Made by a program: the position numbers and the translations under genes. From Takakia lepidozioides (Eukaryota > Plantae > Bryophyta): a DNA stretch of 64,000 bases. Of the stretch, positions 24,056-36,581 are shown piece by piece. The stretch spans positions 28,644,001-28,708,000 of the forward strand of contig CM060733.1 in NCBI GenBank assembly GCA_030704615.1, written 5' to 3'. The notes below the pieces were generated by a model, which was given only the letters and a program-made list of their open reading frames with translations, was not told where the DNA came from and did not search any database. The stretch's first letter is position 1, and the number at the start of each line of letters is the position of its first letter.

Positions 24056-25386
24056 AGAAACCACGTCCCATCGGATGGTAGAAATGGTGCGTAAAGGCCA
24101 CCTTTTGCTCCGAGATGTTCCAAAATCCATTTCCTAGCCCAATGTTTCTCATGGATCCTGCAAGAAAGTGAATCAAAATGCCATGCTGAGCCATTTTCAA
24201 AGACTGTGATTTGATACATTCTAAATCAAGGGAAATCACATATTGGTCATCTGCCTCAAGGGCATTGGATTCGGCCCATGGGGAAGAGACTGCCTCAGCC
24301 AGATAGAATTGATGGAATTTCAGGGCCTTTGCTGAAGAATGGGAGTTCCAATAGAGTGAGAGAGGCGGCCCCTAGCTGTCCATGAGCCATGGCCTTTGGA
24401 GCTTGGAACTCATCTTTTTTTTCTTGTCAGAATCTCCACGAGAAGCCATGGGGACAAGCAAAACAAAAACAAGATTAGCTGAAAAGAATGAGGGGAAGAG
24501 GGGTGGGCACTTAGCTTCCCGGAGCTTTCGAAACAAGTAAGAATGCACAATGGGCAACGAAATTTGGCTTGGGGAAGCCACCGTCATTCACTTTGCACAT
24601 TACGAGGAGCGGTGAGGTGATAGAGGCGAGAGGTGGCGGAGCTTGAAACAACTGACAAACGTCAGCTAGGAGTTAAGATAGAGAGGAAAGCCTGAGAAAA
24701 GAGCTAGGGACTTAAACCAGCCGAAATAGATAACAGAGAGAAGGGGCAGAAAAAACAACTCCAATAGGGCTGAGAGCTCAGAGTGAGGAGGATTTGGAGT
24801 AATTGACGTAAGGCATTAGCTAGAGCTGGGGCGGTGCAAGAGTGAAGTGCGCTGAGAGCATTTCCGTTGGTTGCCATATATTGTGCATACCGAAATCTAA
24901 AGGTCTGCCTACTTTGGGCATTTGTAACAGCTTTTATAGATACTTTGTGGTGGAGAACATGTCAAATTTTTATGTGTATTTTGGTATGTACTAGTGAGAC
25001 TTCAACATGTTTGTTAGCTTTCTTATGTATGCTTGTTCTAAGATTGCGATTGCGAGAGGATGTGGTTTGTTGCGAGCCTCAGGAGGTTAACCAAAATAAT
25101 CGATAGGTTATGAACAATGTGGATGGAAGTATTGGGTGGCTCTACTAAAGGGTTAGTTATGCCTTATTTTGTAACAAGGTTAGTTGCTTTGTTGTCCACC
25201 TTCATGCAACTAATTGTGGTTGTTACTATCTCATCAAACTGTGTCAACTGAACATCTATTTTATTATTTAGATAACACAAGTATAATTTGAGTCATTGAC
25301 AAAAAATAAAATTAGACCAAAACCTAATTTGAGTAGTGAACAATGTGATAGACAACAAATTGGGAACATCCTAAGATCATATATAA

Positions 25387-27750
25387 CTACTTGGTAGCAG
25401 ACTTGAGGCTTGATTTTTTCTTCGGTGGAGTAGAGGCAACGGACTCGAGACTTGGTTTTCTCTCTCGAGGCTTAATGATTGGCTTTCTTTTATCACCAAG
25501 AAGGGTGGTGCCACCTTCTTTGCCAATTTGGTCACTTTCACTTTTAGCTGGCTTCTCTGAGTTAGCGGATTCCTTGGGTTTGGGTTTTGTGGGATCATTA
25601 TCCATCAAGTATTTGGCTAGAAAACCTATTGGGTCTTCCGGCCTACATTGTAAATGCATATTCATATTATTTATTAGGGATTAATACGTACGATAACTTA
25701 CATAATGTTAAATGTATGATCTAAAATGATGTTAGCATCATTGAGCCTCAAACCATCATTAATTGTGAACAATTTTGAGTTATAAGTTTGACCCCTTATG
25801 ATGCATCATTTTTATGAAGTGAATGTAAGGTTTAGAATTGTAACCGTGCATTAAATCAGAATTTCAGCTACCATGATGACGTTTTTCGTTTGAATTACTT
25901 ACAACTTGGAAAGGTTGAGACTACATATATAAATATCTCTCAATCAAGCACAAGAGTAGGAAGCACAGTGCTTAGGTGTTTATGCCTTACTTATGCATTA
26001 CCTAGGTGATCTAAGGTTCAAAGTGTACACCTTCCAATGGAAGGCAGTAATCCTTTGTGATGAAGTGACACTATAATTTACGCATCATCCATGAGGAATC
26101 ATCTTTCTTTCTTTTGTCTCTCAGTCAATGCTCCTCCACAATATGAATTTATCAAAGTGGAAATGATCCCTACGTACCATCAAACCATACTACCCAATAT
26201 GTTAATTAGAATTATGAACAATATGGTCACCGTTCTCTTGGATGTATTAAATCTGCCATTGCCATTTGCTTATATAGACTTAATTATGTTGGCAAGTAGA
26301 AGTTTTCATTAGCTAATGTTATATACATTAAAAAAAATTGAGGTCTTCATAAAAATCACATTTGTGCCTTCATCTAAAAAAACCAACGGAAAGTGCAGAT
26401 TACCTTTGAAGAGCAACCAATCGATAACCCGCAAGTAAAATGGGAATCAGCATCGTCTCCTGTACAACAAAAAAAATCAAATTAGTTAGGCTATGGTATT
26501 TACAAGATAGACTACTGTGCGCATCAGTGTCCCTCTCAATATGCAGGTTCTCATTTCATTAAAATATCATACAAATGGACTAGTTGTTTACCAGATATTC
26601 TTGGGCTGACATTGTCTTCACATTTATTTTTTCATCTTCTTTGGCTACCTCACCCTGGATGGCTCGATCACATTACACATATTTGTGAAAACATTCGTAT
26701 TTTTTTGCACAAGTTGTACATTATTAAAGGCTAAAATTTTGATTAGGACGAATGGGGGAGCTGTATGTAGAAGTTCTCATTGAAGATAATGTAACTAAGA
26801 ACTACTTCATCTCATGAATATTCTCTCATTTCAAGGATTGTGGACTATATATGGGTTAAAGCTAATGACGGTCGGTTTGTCTGCAAATTTGAGATATCTC
26901 AATTCCGTTGGAAAGCTCTCGATGAGTATGGGTGCATCGAGGTGGTTTCATAAGTTTTGGACCTACGGTGAGGAAAATATTTAATTTCAAGTAGTTTTTG
27001 TAAATTCATGAAAACTAACAAATTGGGGTTTTCTGGAATATTGGCCTTTCATTTGTCATTTGGTATACATGGTCATAAATGTATGTGCCCAAATAACACA
27101 GGCCACACTAGTATAATTGATATCACGTTGGATTATGATTGATTTAATGTTTGCACACTTGTAAAATATTTATGTAATTGATTCATGGTGTCACCTCTAT
27201 ACCTCAGAAGGTGGCAGAGTATCATCTGTTGGCATTAGAACAGCTGTGCAACAAGTGAGGCCCAACTATCAGTACTACAAAATATACAAAGTCATGGAGA
27301 TAATTAGGTAGACAAAGGGTAATTACAATATATATGCTCAACCTGGAATCTTCTAAAATTTGGGAATTTGGTTTAATGACCAATTATATATATATATATA
27401 TATATATAATTAGCTATATAAAATACATATATTGCAAGTTGATTTGTAGGCATTCTTTTCCATGTTATACAAATTTTGTCATACAACAAGTATTATCATC
27501 TTTGGCCTTGCGTTCTAACATGTCTAAAGATGATTTATAATATGATAAATATAATAAAGTATATATGAACTAATAAACTAAAATATGACATCTTTAATTT
27601 TTTTAAAAATAGAACAACTATGGCTCTCGTATAAAGATCTCTTAGCACTTTAATGCAAAAAGATTAGCTGGAACCTTCAAGTGCTCCAAGGAGAGCTTCT
27701 GCAGTAGATGCAACCGATGGAGTCTTTGCAACAGGAAGTGATGCAGCCAT
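25387..27750 (-). CDS. Dpy-30-motif protein, 5 exons, about 163 aa
   Basis: Manual model with GT-AG introns and consistent phase: 27750-27675, 27243-27203, 26654-26592, 26459-26404, 25642-25387. Gives SAQEYLETMLIPILLAGYRLVALQRPEDPIGFLAKYLMD (Dpy-30/RIIa-like docking motif) and a Lys/Ser-rich tail. Confidence 0.8.
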
Positions 27751-28735
27751 TTTGGAACCAAAATTTCAACACTATTGTTTAGAAATTAAAATCGATACTT
27801 TGTCGTTTGATATGTTACACTTGTGGGAGACATAGACCTTCCCAACACTTTAAATGTAGAAGTCTCAAAGATCAATGATATATAAATAATAACATCTATG
27901 GTAATGGTGTCAAGACATCGCGGCCTAATCAATTAATAAGCCCAAATCGACCTCCTATTGTGTATGTCTACTAGACCCTCCAAAAAATACCCATTAGTTT
28001 ACAAAAATTATGTTATGTATAGTGTCAACCCTAGCTGGATCACATTTCTGAGTTGGAAACATGTAACGTTATAAAGGTCGCCCTTTGATCACAAATCTTA
28101 TCCAAATATGACGAAAACATTTTCTTACACTCAGCCACATCAATATGATGTTGCATCTATAAATTGACTATGAACCTAAGTTGTAAAACATATGTTAATT
28201 AACTTTGATCCATGATCTAAAAAAAATGGATTTTCAGATTGTCTAAGAGAGAACAATCCCCCAAGCTTACTGCACAATCCTTGACCATAAGATCGAGACA
28301 TTTACTTAAGGTTAGTTTTCTTTTACATATTGATGATTTGAAATTGATTTATTCATTGATCTGCCTATGAAAAATAAATATAAAGTTGGATGATAAGTGG
28401 AAAATTTGTCTTTTTTTTTATGATACAGTGGATGAGATTTTCTTCTAACTCACACTAAATAAGAATTGAGTTTTTTTTTTTTTTTTTTTTTTTGGAGGAT
28501 TCAAAGCTACTACCTCTTCAAGTCATCTATATGCCTTTTCGTCTTTTTTAATACCTGACCTACCATTAATTTTAACCCACCTCTTCAAATTATTTTCGAA
28601 TATTATCTCTTGGGATCTTAGTGAGAGAAGGGTGGTTGTTGGGATCTTTGTTGCTCATGATCATTCGTATCACAAAAGTGAGGCACCACGGCGATCAGAG
28701 CATTCTTTGAGAGTATAGAACCGGAGGTAGATCCG

Positions 28736-29665
28736 GTGATTGTAGAACAACAAACACGACAAGCCTTAGAACGAGAGATACAACTTGCTAAAGAAGCAAA
28801 GTTCTACGAAAAAGAGAGAGCTCGAGAAAGAGAGTGTGATAGACGGAGAAGACGTGAACGTTTGACAGAAAAAAGAAGAGAACGAGAGAAGGGGAGAGCA
28901 AGAGAAAGAAGGAAAAGAAGAGACCGAGAAAGAGAGCGCCAAAGAGATAAGAACCGGGAAAGAGAGGAAGAGACCGAATTTGCTCAAGAGAGAGAAAGAG
29001 GAAGGGAAGTTGATAGAGAAAATGAGAGAGAACGAGAAAGAGAGAGGTCTAGAGAGAGAGAAGAAGATAGACTCAAAGAAGAAGGAAGACAGAAAGAAAG
29101 AGATCAAAACAAAGCAAACGATCTAGAGCGAGCACAACTTAGGAAACGACAACGAGATAGGGAATACCGTAGAGAAAAAAGTAGAGAGCGTCTCAGACTA
29201 AATGAGAGAAAAAAAGAGCTCGAAGAGAAGAAGCATTTCAATGAAGAGAGACAACAAGATAGAGAGAAGAACGAAGAAACATATAAAGAACGAGAGAAAG
29301 AGAGGGGCGATGAAAGAGAAGATCTAAGAAAGAGAGATTATGAGAAATATTTGGAAGGTCGAAGAGAAAGATTGAGATCCAAACAACACGAGGAAGATAA
29401 CTTAAGTCAAAGAAAATTAGATGTTGCTAGGAAAAAAGAGATAGAGCGAGCGAAAAAAAGAGAGCATGAAAGAGAAAAGTCAGGTTGGAGGGCTGCCGCA
29501 AGAGAGGCCGAAGAAAAAATGCAAAATCAAAAAAATGCTGGACAAGGGTGGGATGATTTCTGTGAGAAAAAGAGAGACGTAGAAAAAGAAATGGACAGAG
29601 ACAAAACAAATCGGGAGGCATGGCAAGCAGTCTTGTCTAGAATGTTTTTCCGATGGAAGATGTAG
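28736..29665 (+). CDS. Arg/Glu-rich low-complexity predicted coiled-coil protein (start uncertain, may have upstream exons)
   Basis: 309 open codons in AT-rich surroundings with a non-repetitive C-terminus (GWDDFCE..AWQAVLSRMFFRWKM); oriented divergently from the Dpy-30 gene; possible upstream exon near 28240-28290. Confidence 0.5.
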   Translation: MIVEQQTRQALEREIQLAKEAKFYEKERARERECDRRRRRERLTEKRREREKGRARERRKRRDRERERQRDKNREREEETEFAQERERGREVDRENERERERERSREREEDRLKEEGRQKERDQNKANDLERAQLRKRQRDREYRREKSRERLRLNERKKELEEKKHFNEERQQDREKNEETYKEREKERGDEREDLRKRDYEKYLEGRRERLRSKQHEEDNLSQRKLDVARKKEIERAKKREHEREKSGWRAAAREAEEKMQNQKNAGQGWDDFCEKKRDVEKEMDRDKTNREAWQAVLSRMFFRWKM

Positions 29666-30747
29666 AAATCGACTTGGTTGAAATAAGTTGAAGTTATGTT
29701 GAATTGAGTCACATGGTTGTTTTGAAGCATCAAAGTTCCATATTAGTACATTCGATTCATCACTTGCTCATCTACATAACCTAATTCTGTTTTGTACAAA
29801 ACTCCCGTTCCCACACCCAACCAAAAACTTTCTTACCCAAACATGCCCATGCTTATAGTGCCCATCCCGTAAAGGGGCAGTAGCCAAAAGATGTATGACT
29901 CTTAGTTACGCCGGCTTCAAGGCCGGTGTCCTCTTTCTTTTTGTTTTGTATAAAATGTATGTTAATTAATAAAAATAACATCATATTCAAAACAAAAGTA
30001 TTATTAATGACATATAATCTGAGTTAATTTACTCTAAACAGCAAATCAATCAGGAACATCCATAACTATAAAAAACCAAACTGAAACAAAAACACCCTCA
30101 TGCTAAAAGTAAGTGATTATGACATTTGAGGCCATAAAATGAATTAAACTGGAAGGGATTCGTTTTTTAACCCACATGATAAACTTTCCAAATCCATGTC
30201 TCAATCCAAAAATTGTTACTATGGTTAGAAGTCTAACTAGAGGGGACATGGAAAGAAAAAAAGACTCTTTTTGTTTTTCATAATTTCTTTTTTTAAGCAT
30301 TATTGCCCAAAGACTTCCACACCATCAAAGTGACTCATGCCCCCCGTTAGATTTTCCAATGGTCAAGATCTTGCCAAGGCTATATATATATCTTCTTTTA
30401 AATCTATATAACAGACAATTTGAAACATTTGAACACGGAATGGCTCTTAACGATTTCGCACTCGATCCGACGGATCAAAATTATGCTGTACAGAAGCGGT
30501 CGTAGACCCTAAGTGTTTTACGACGGAGCACCAACTTCGTTGCAGGCAGTGCGACGACCGTCGTCACGTTGTGTGAGGATTTCGTTACGGGAATCGTGAT
30601 AGAGGAAACCCGTGATTAAGCACGGGGCCGGATTAAGCGACACAACCATCTACCCTTTCCCGCTCGTACAGCAGTCTTGCTGAGTTTTATAACACACACA
30701 ACAGACACAGGATTGCTAGCAGGGTTAGATCGCGGGGAGCTGGAGCG

Positions 30748-33700
30748 ATGGCAACCGGGATGGTGATGGACATGAAAGAGTCTCTGGTTTCTCTTCTGGA
30801 TGCGCCTCTGGCTGACGCAGTTGTCTTTGGCGTTCACATTGACGGTACTCTTTCTCTCTCTCTCTGTGGGCACTTTCTCCGTTTCTCTCTCGGTCATTTG
30901 AGTCCTTGGGCCTCCCGCGGACGTAATGACATAATCAATTTTTCGGTAGAGCTTGTATGGGTTTAGTGGAATCGCTTGGTCTCTCTCCTCATCCCCCCCC
31001 TTACTTTTCGCAATCTGTGCTCTGGCCAGCACGGGACAGCAGGTCCAATGAGAGTCACAGCTGTTCTGTCCTTTAGAACATTGACTGTTTTGTAGTTTTC
31101 CCTCCTCGTGACAGGGTCCTAGTTTTTTCGGTGGTTGGGCTTGCTTGTAATGTGGGCTATATTGATCATCTTTTACCAGACCTATTATTCCAGAGTCGTT
31201 AAAACAACACTACATTTTTATGTATTGCAAGAGATTTCATTCTAGTTTGGAGAATGTGTCATTTCGAGCACAATCGGTGCAATCTTTGTTTTTTTTGAGC
31301 GGGAAGAGGGGCGGGGGGTTGGGGTGTGATTCGCTCTTTGACTCTTCACGAGGATTCGGCTAGGATGACAACAGATCTACAACGTCCAACCCAAAATCTA
31401 GGGGTTTACTAAATGCGAACATTTTTAAGACACTTATCGTTAGAGCTTCCTTTTGACACATGTAAAGAAAGGATTGCTGCAAACTCTCCACAATTTGGTC
31501 AGTGAGTGACTCCTTCTCTGCTATTCACAAAGTGTGACACAGAAAATCTAGATATCCTGTTACAGCTCACCTATGAAACCTGATTGGTATTACATTGGGG
31601 TTGCATTTCATGGAGGAGCATCACGCACACTAATCAGAGATGGTTGGGTTGGCAGGGCATTTGTTTGTGGAGACCCTGCTGGTCGTGGTGATTGCAGTCC
31701 TGCTATTACAGAAAAGTTACCAACCTGAGAAGCGCCCACTCACACAGCATGTTCTCTCTCTCTCAATCTCTCTCTTCCTCTCCCTTTCTCCGCAAGATTG
31801 TATGCAAGCAGTAGTAAAATCAGCCCTTCATACCTGGTTTGCTGCCTACCTGGTTGGTAGAAACTGCATGGCTGGGCATGTGATCGTTGTTGCCAAATCA
31901 TGGCCAACTTTGGAGGGAAAAGGTGAATGGAGTTCCGTCCCTCCCATCCCAAACCTCCCCTTTTACAGTGCGACTTGGCTTTGCAACTGCAGCCACCTGT
32001 CTCATCTGTGGAAGGCAGAGGATCATAGTATCAGTGCTCATATCAACTAGACAGCAGCAATGCTGAAGTCGACATTTTTATTCCCAATGAGATGTCTATA
32101 CCAGCCCCTACTTCAATACTTGGTTCCATGCAATTCCTATCTGAGTTTCCATAACCTGGTGCACAGCCAGCTCCTGGAGGGGTCACATCCTGTGGAGAGA
32201 ATGCCCTAACGGTCATAGCCAAGATTTCCGGGGAACAGACAATGAAGACATTCTCTTCTCTTCTCCATCCAGATTGGGTCCAGGTTCTACGGGATGCCAT
32301 GTCCAATGGACACACCTTTTCTCTCTCTCCTGCCTGCTCCCATGGCACTCTTTACTTGGACTGGTCCTCGCACAACTTGCTCCTTTGCAACCTCTACTTG
32401 TGGGAGGAGAAAGCTTGACTATATGTAAAGTCAGTTGGTTTGAAAGTCTTAAAGGAGGGAATGGTACGGTGGGGAGCAGGAAATAAACCAGTTGTGTGAT
32501 GAATGGACCCCGGAGCCATTGCACCCTCCCATCACAAGTGAGATGGAAACTGTAACCCCTATTCTTGAAAGGTACGTGTTTGCAGCTTAAAGTAGTGGTA
32601 TTGTGGTAGCTTGTTATAGCCTTATGGTAAGTGCACTTTCTAAGTGGTACTTGTCCGATTCCAGTCATTGATTATGTTGGAGTGATGACACATGGTCTGG
32701 CCAACGCTGGGTAGATGATTCTCTTTCCAAAGGGCAGAGTATTTCAGGTCTGTATTGGGAGAACGATCTGGAAACAGGAGTGGGCAGAGTTCAAGTTAAT
32801 TTTGGCAGTTTTTCCTGCAATTCTCTATGTAACAGACAATTAAAATGCAGTGCAGCGGGCCCACACACAGTGGTCGATGGTAAGGATGTTATCAATTTGA
32901 CCTCAGCAAATTACTTGGGCTTGATTGGAAACACCAAAATCAAGGTCCGTCCAGTATTTGATTTGTTTTGTGGTTTCAATTCAAGATTTTGGTGACTTTG
33001 CCAGTGCATGTTTGTTTTTCTGGCTTTAATTGCAGGCACTGCTATTACGCTCTTACTGGGATTAGTTGACTAGCATCACCAGATAGCCACTAGGCTTGGG
33101 GGCCTTGTCTATATGAGACCCATGGAGATTGCACTAATGTATGCAGTGCTCAATTAGAACCCAAACTTGTGCCTTTGCAGCCCAGGATCCTGCAGTATAT
33201 ATCCCCTCCTGTTCGGTAACGATCTCAGTATGAAATTGTTGGAGCACGGTGACAACACTGGACATGCCAATAATCGGGATGTTGTTCATTCATCTGGCTG
33301 TCAGTTACATGAGAGATAGAGAGAAAACTCATTGCATTGTCAAACTGAACTTCAGCATTTTTGCCCACAGGCAGGATTTTACAAAATGAGGTGCTTGTTG
33401 AAACTTCCAAACCTCTCTCTTATAATATTCTGAGCCCAAGTACCTCTATCAACCCACAATCAACCTTTATTCAACCGGCATGTAAGATTTGATCATTTTG
33501 GGTTGGCTGCTGCAGGAAGCATGCATTGCTGCTCTAGAGAAGTATGGAGTTGGGGCATGTGGCCCACGGGGATTCTATGGCACCATTGGTAAGGTGCTTC
33601 TATTTGGGCACTCCTTCACTAGGTTTTCTTGTGCGTGGGCAGGTAGGTGTGAAAGGAAAGGAAAGGATAGGCAAGGAAACAAACTTTATAAAAAAGAGAT

Positions 33701-36581
33701 GTACACTCTAGACTGTGTTTTAGAGCTGAAACAGGAGGGAAATCTCAACTTGGGGGGTTATATGAGGAGAGGATTGCCGCCCCCAATGACTTGGTAGGGG
33801 CTGTGTTTTGGATGAGGCACAGAACCAGCTTATGCTTTGGCATTTACTATTTGGTTGCTAGGTGGCTTTGTTGTCTATGAACGCTATTTGCCGTTTCTGG
33901 GCTTGTGTACCCCCTATCCACACTAGGTGAGGATGTTATGTGGCTTCTCCCTCTTCTGTCATGCCTGTCTGGCTCATTTTTATCAGGAGGTGGTTAGCCT
34001 GGCCCTGCACATTCAATGGTTTTGGCTATCTGATCGCAACTTTCTGTGTGCTAAATCATGATGTTTCTTGGCATGCCAAGGTTGTGGTACAGGTTGTTCA
34101 TTCGGAGAGAGATGCAGGCCGTTGTATTCTAGATGCATACTAGCACACCTACGGTTTTCCCTCTTATTTCTGAAAATATGAGTTTGCCCTGGGGAGCAGA
34201 TGTACACATGGACTTGGAAGCGAAGATAGCCCAATTTATGGGAACACCAGATGCCATTTTGTACTCGTATGGGTTGGCTACTGTGTCCAGTGTGATTCCT
34301 GCCTTCTGCAAGCGAGGCGATCTTATTCTTGCGTGAGCACTTCTGTCCTCCGATACTCACTATTTACTTTTAAAGTCCTATTTCTGTCCTTCTACACTGT
34401 CTTTGGGTCTAGCTTCTGTCGGCATTTGTCTTCAGCATTTATGTTTATGCTTGAAAATACTTATGTAACATCAAAATGCAGGGACGAAGGTGTGAGTTGG
34501 GGCATACAGAATGGGCTATTTTTATCTAGGAGTACGGTGAGGTATTTCAAGCACAATGACATGGCATCCCTAGAAGCACTCTTGGAGGATGTGAGACAGG
34601 AGGACTGGCGCAAAAAGAGGGCCCTAAACCGCCGTTTCATTGTTGTTGAAGCCATCTACCAGGTGTCACTACCACTGTCACTTTCAATGTTACTTGTTCA
34701 TGCATCTACGGTAGTGTATTAGACAAGCAACTCATTAAGGGAAGCTCTACATGAATGATGACAGGAAATGGTTGTTCACATTGTGGTCCAATAAGCGTTT
34801 CTGTGGTAACACAATGGGTGTTTTGGGACAGAATTCAGGTCAGATGGCACCCCTGGATGAAATTGTTCGGCTGAAGGAGAAGTACCTTTTCAGAGTCTTG
34901 GTGGATGAAAGCAACTCAATTGGCGTGCTTGGCAGCAGTGGCCGTGGCCTTTCTGAGCACTTCAACATTCCTGTAGGTTCTGGACTCGCTTGTTAATATA
35001 TCAAGCATTGATTGGCAAGGGGTTGAGCTTTTGCAGTCATTGATCGGTTGAGGCAGCGGGGAACTTTTTTAAGGTTGTTCTAGCATCGCTGCTTTACTCT
35101 GTAACAGACAATAAAAGAGCATAGATAGCACAGCTTTAAAAAAAACAAACTGTAGGGAGTCACAGAAGTAGTCTTGTTGGGAATTTTGCACTGAAGTTTA
35201 TGATGGAAAGGCACATGCAGGTAGAGAAGGTGGACATAATCACAGCAGTCATGGGCCATTCTCTGGCATCAGTTGGTGGCTTCTGTACAGGCAGTGCCAA
35301 AGTTGTGGATCATCAGGTGTGTAACAACATCTTTGCGCACATGTGATGCGATGCTTCTCTGCCTGATGCTCTCTTCACAATTGTTGGAAAGACTCTCGCT
35401 GCTCTTCTTTGAAAGGCTTGAGAAATTGGTGAAAGTTGTAACCCTCCTTGGGTCTGAATTCATGGTTATTACTTAAATCAATGCTATCCATGGTAAAGAT
35501 GTCCTTCTCTGGGCATAGGGTATCTCTTTACTGACGAGTTTAGATTGTTTGTGCAGCGTCTTAGTGGAGCAGGTTACTGTTTTTCAGCAGCATTACCGCC
35601 ATTCTTAGCAAGTGCTTCCATTGCTGCAGTGGAGCTGTTAGAGGATAACCCTGCGCTGCTAACCAAACTCCAACAGAACATCGCCATTTTTCGCACAAGT
35701 GGGTGTTTTTCTATCCTCCCTTTGTCAAAAGGATAGATTTAAAACTCATCCGCACACCCATGGCCTGATCTCTCTCTCTCTGACAGTTATCAAGGTCACA
35801 CCACTGGAGTGAGCCCCTCACAAAGGTAGTGTCTATTCCCTATGTTTCCATCCAAACTGGGCGCGGGGTCCATGGCCACAAGGCTATGGCAAACTTCTTA
35901 TCAGTACATTCTCTGTGTCTCCCTTTCTCTTACTTGGGGCTACGGTAAACAACGTTGTATGAGTACATTTTCTCTTGCTTGCTCACTTGATCATTATGAG
36001 CACAGGTCTTGCAACAATCCCAGGAGTGGTGGTTGGAGGGCATGCACTGTCTCCTCTCATATTTTTGCATTTGCAAAAATCGGGCTCCTTTGGAGAAGAT
36101 TCGGTGGTTCTGCAGCGGATTGTTGATGAAGTAAGCTTTCTTCCTTCATCAATATTTCCAAACCTCTGATTGCATTTCATGGTTCTAAAAGTGTTCACTA
36201 GTCACAAATCTACCAAGGACTATTGTGTGGGCCTCATTCATGTTATGGGTAATGGAATGTTCTCATTGGCAATTTCTTGTTAGCTTGCTACCATGCCCGA
36301 ATCACAACAGCACTGTCGCTCCAACAAACTGCAGGAAGCTGATAATCATGCTGTACATGTTGTTGAACTGGGTACTGTTGAGTGTGATAGAATTTTGGAG
36401 GTGGGGGAAACAGATGCTGGGGGAGGGAGTGCTATTGAGTGTAAGCAAGCGCTCGATACTTGACAAGTGCAAGCTGGGGGCAGGCATCCGCATTACTGTG
36501 TCAGCCGGTCATACAGAAGCTGAGCTCCTCTCAGTCGCTTCCACATTGAGGAATGCTGTACGATCTGTTCTCAGTTCATGA
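30748..36581 (+). CDS. LCB1: Serine palmitoyltransferase subunit 1 (long-chain base biosynthesis 1), multi-exon
   Basis: Exons in order encode [117 protein letters not shown]. Confidence 0.95.
35770..35975 (+). mobile_element. Two stacked 3'-end fragments of the CT-associated LINE in an LCB1 intron (another at ~36660-36715)
   Basis: AAACTGGGCGCGGGGTC.ATGGCCACAAGGCTA.GGCAAAC...TATGAGTACATT matches 43943-44000; preceded by a (CT)n tract. Confidence 0.8.

Noticed and set aside
24060-24860. Possible LINE ORF1 N-terminus on the minus strand
   Set aside because: Only a weak impression (HGILIHFL); too degenerate to call without a search.
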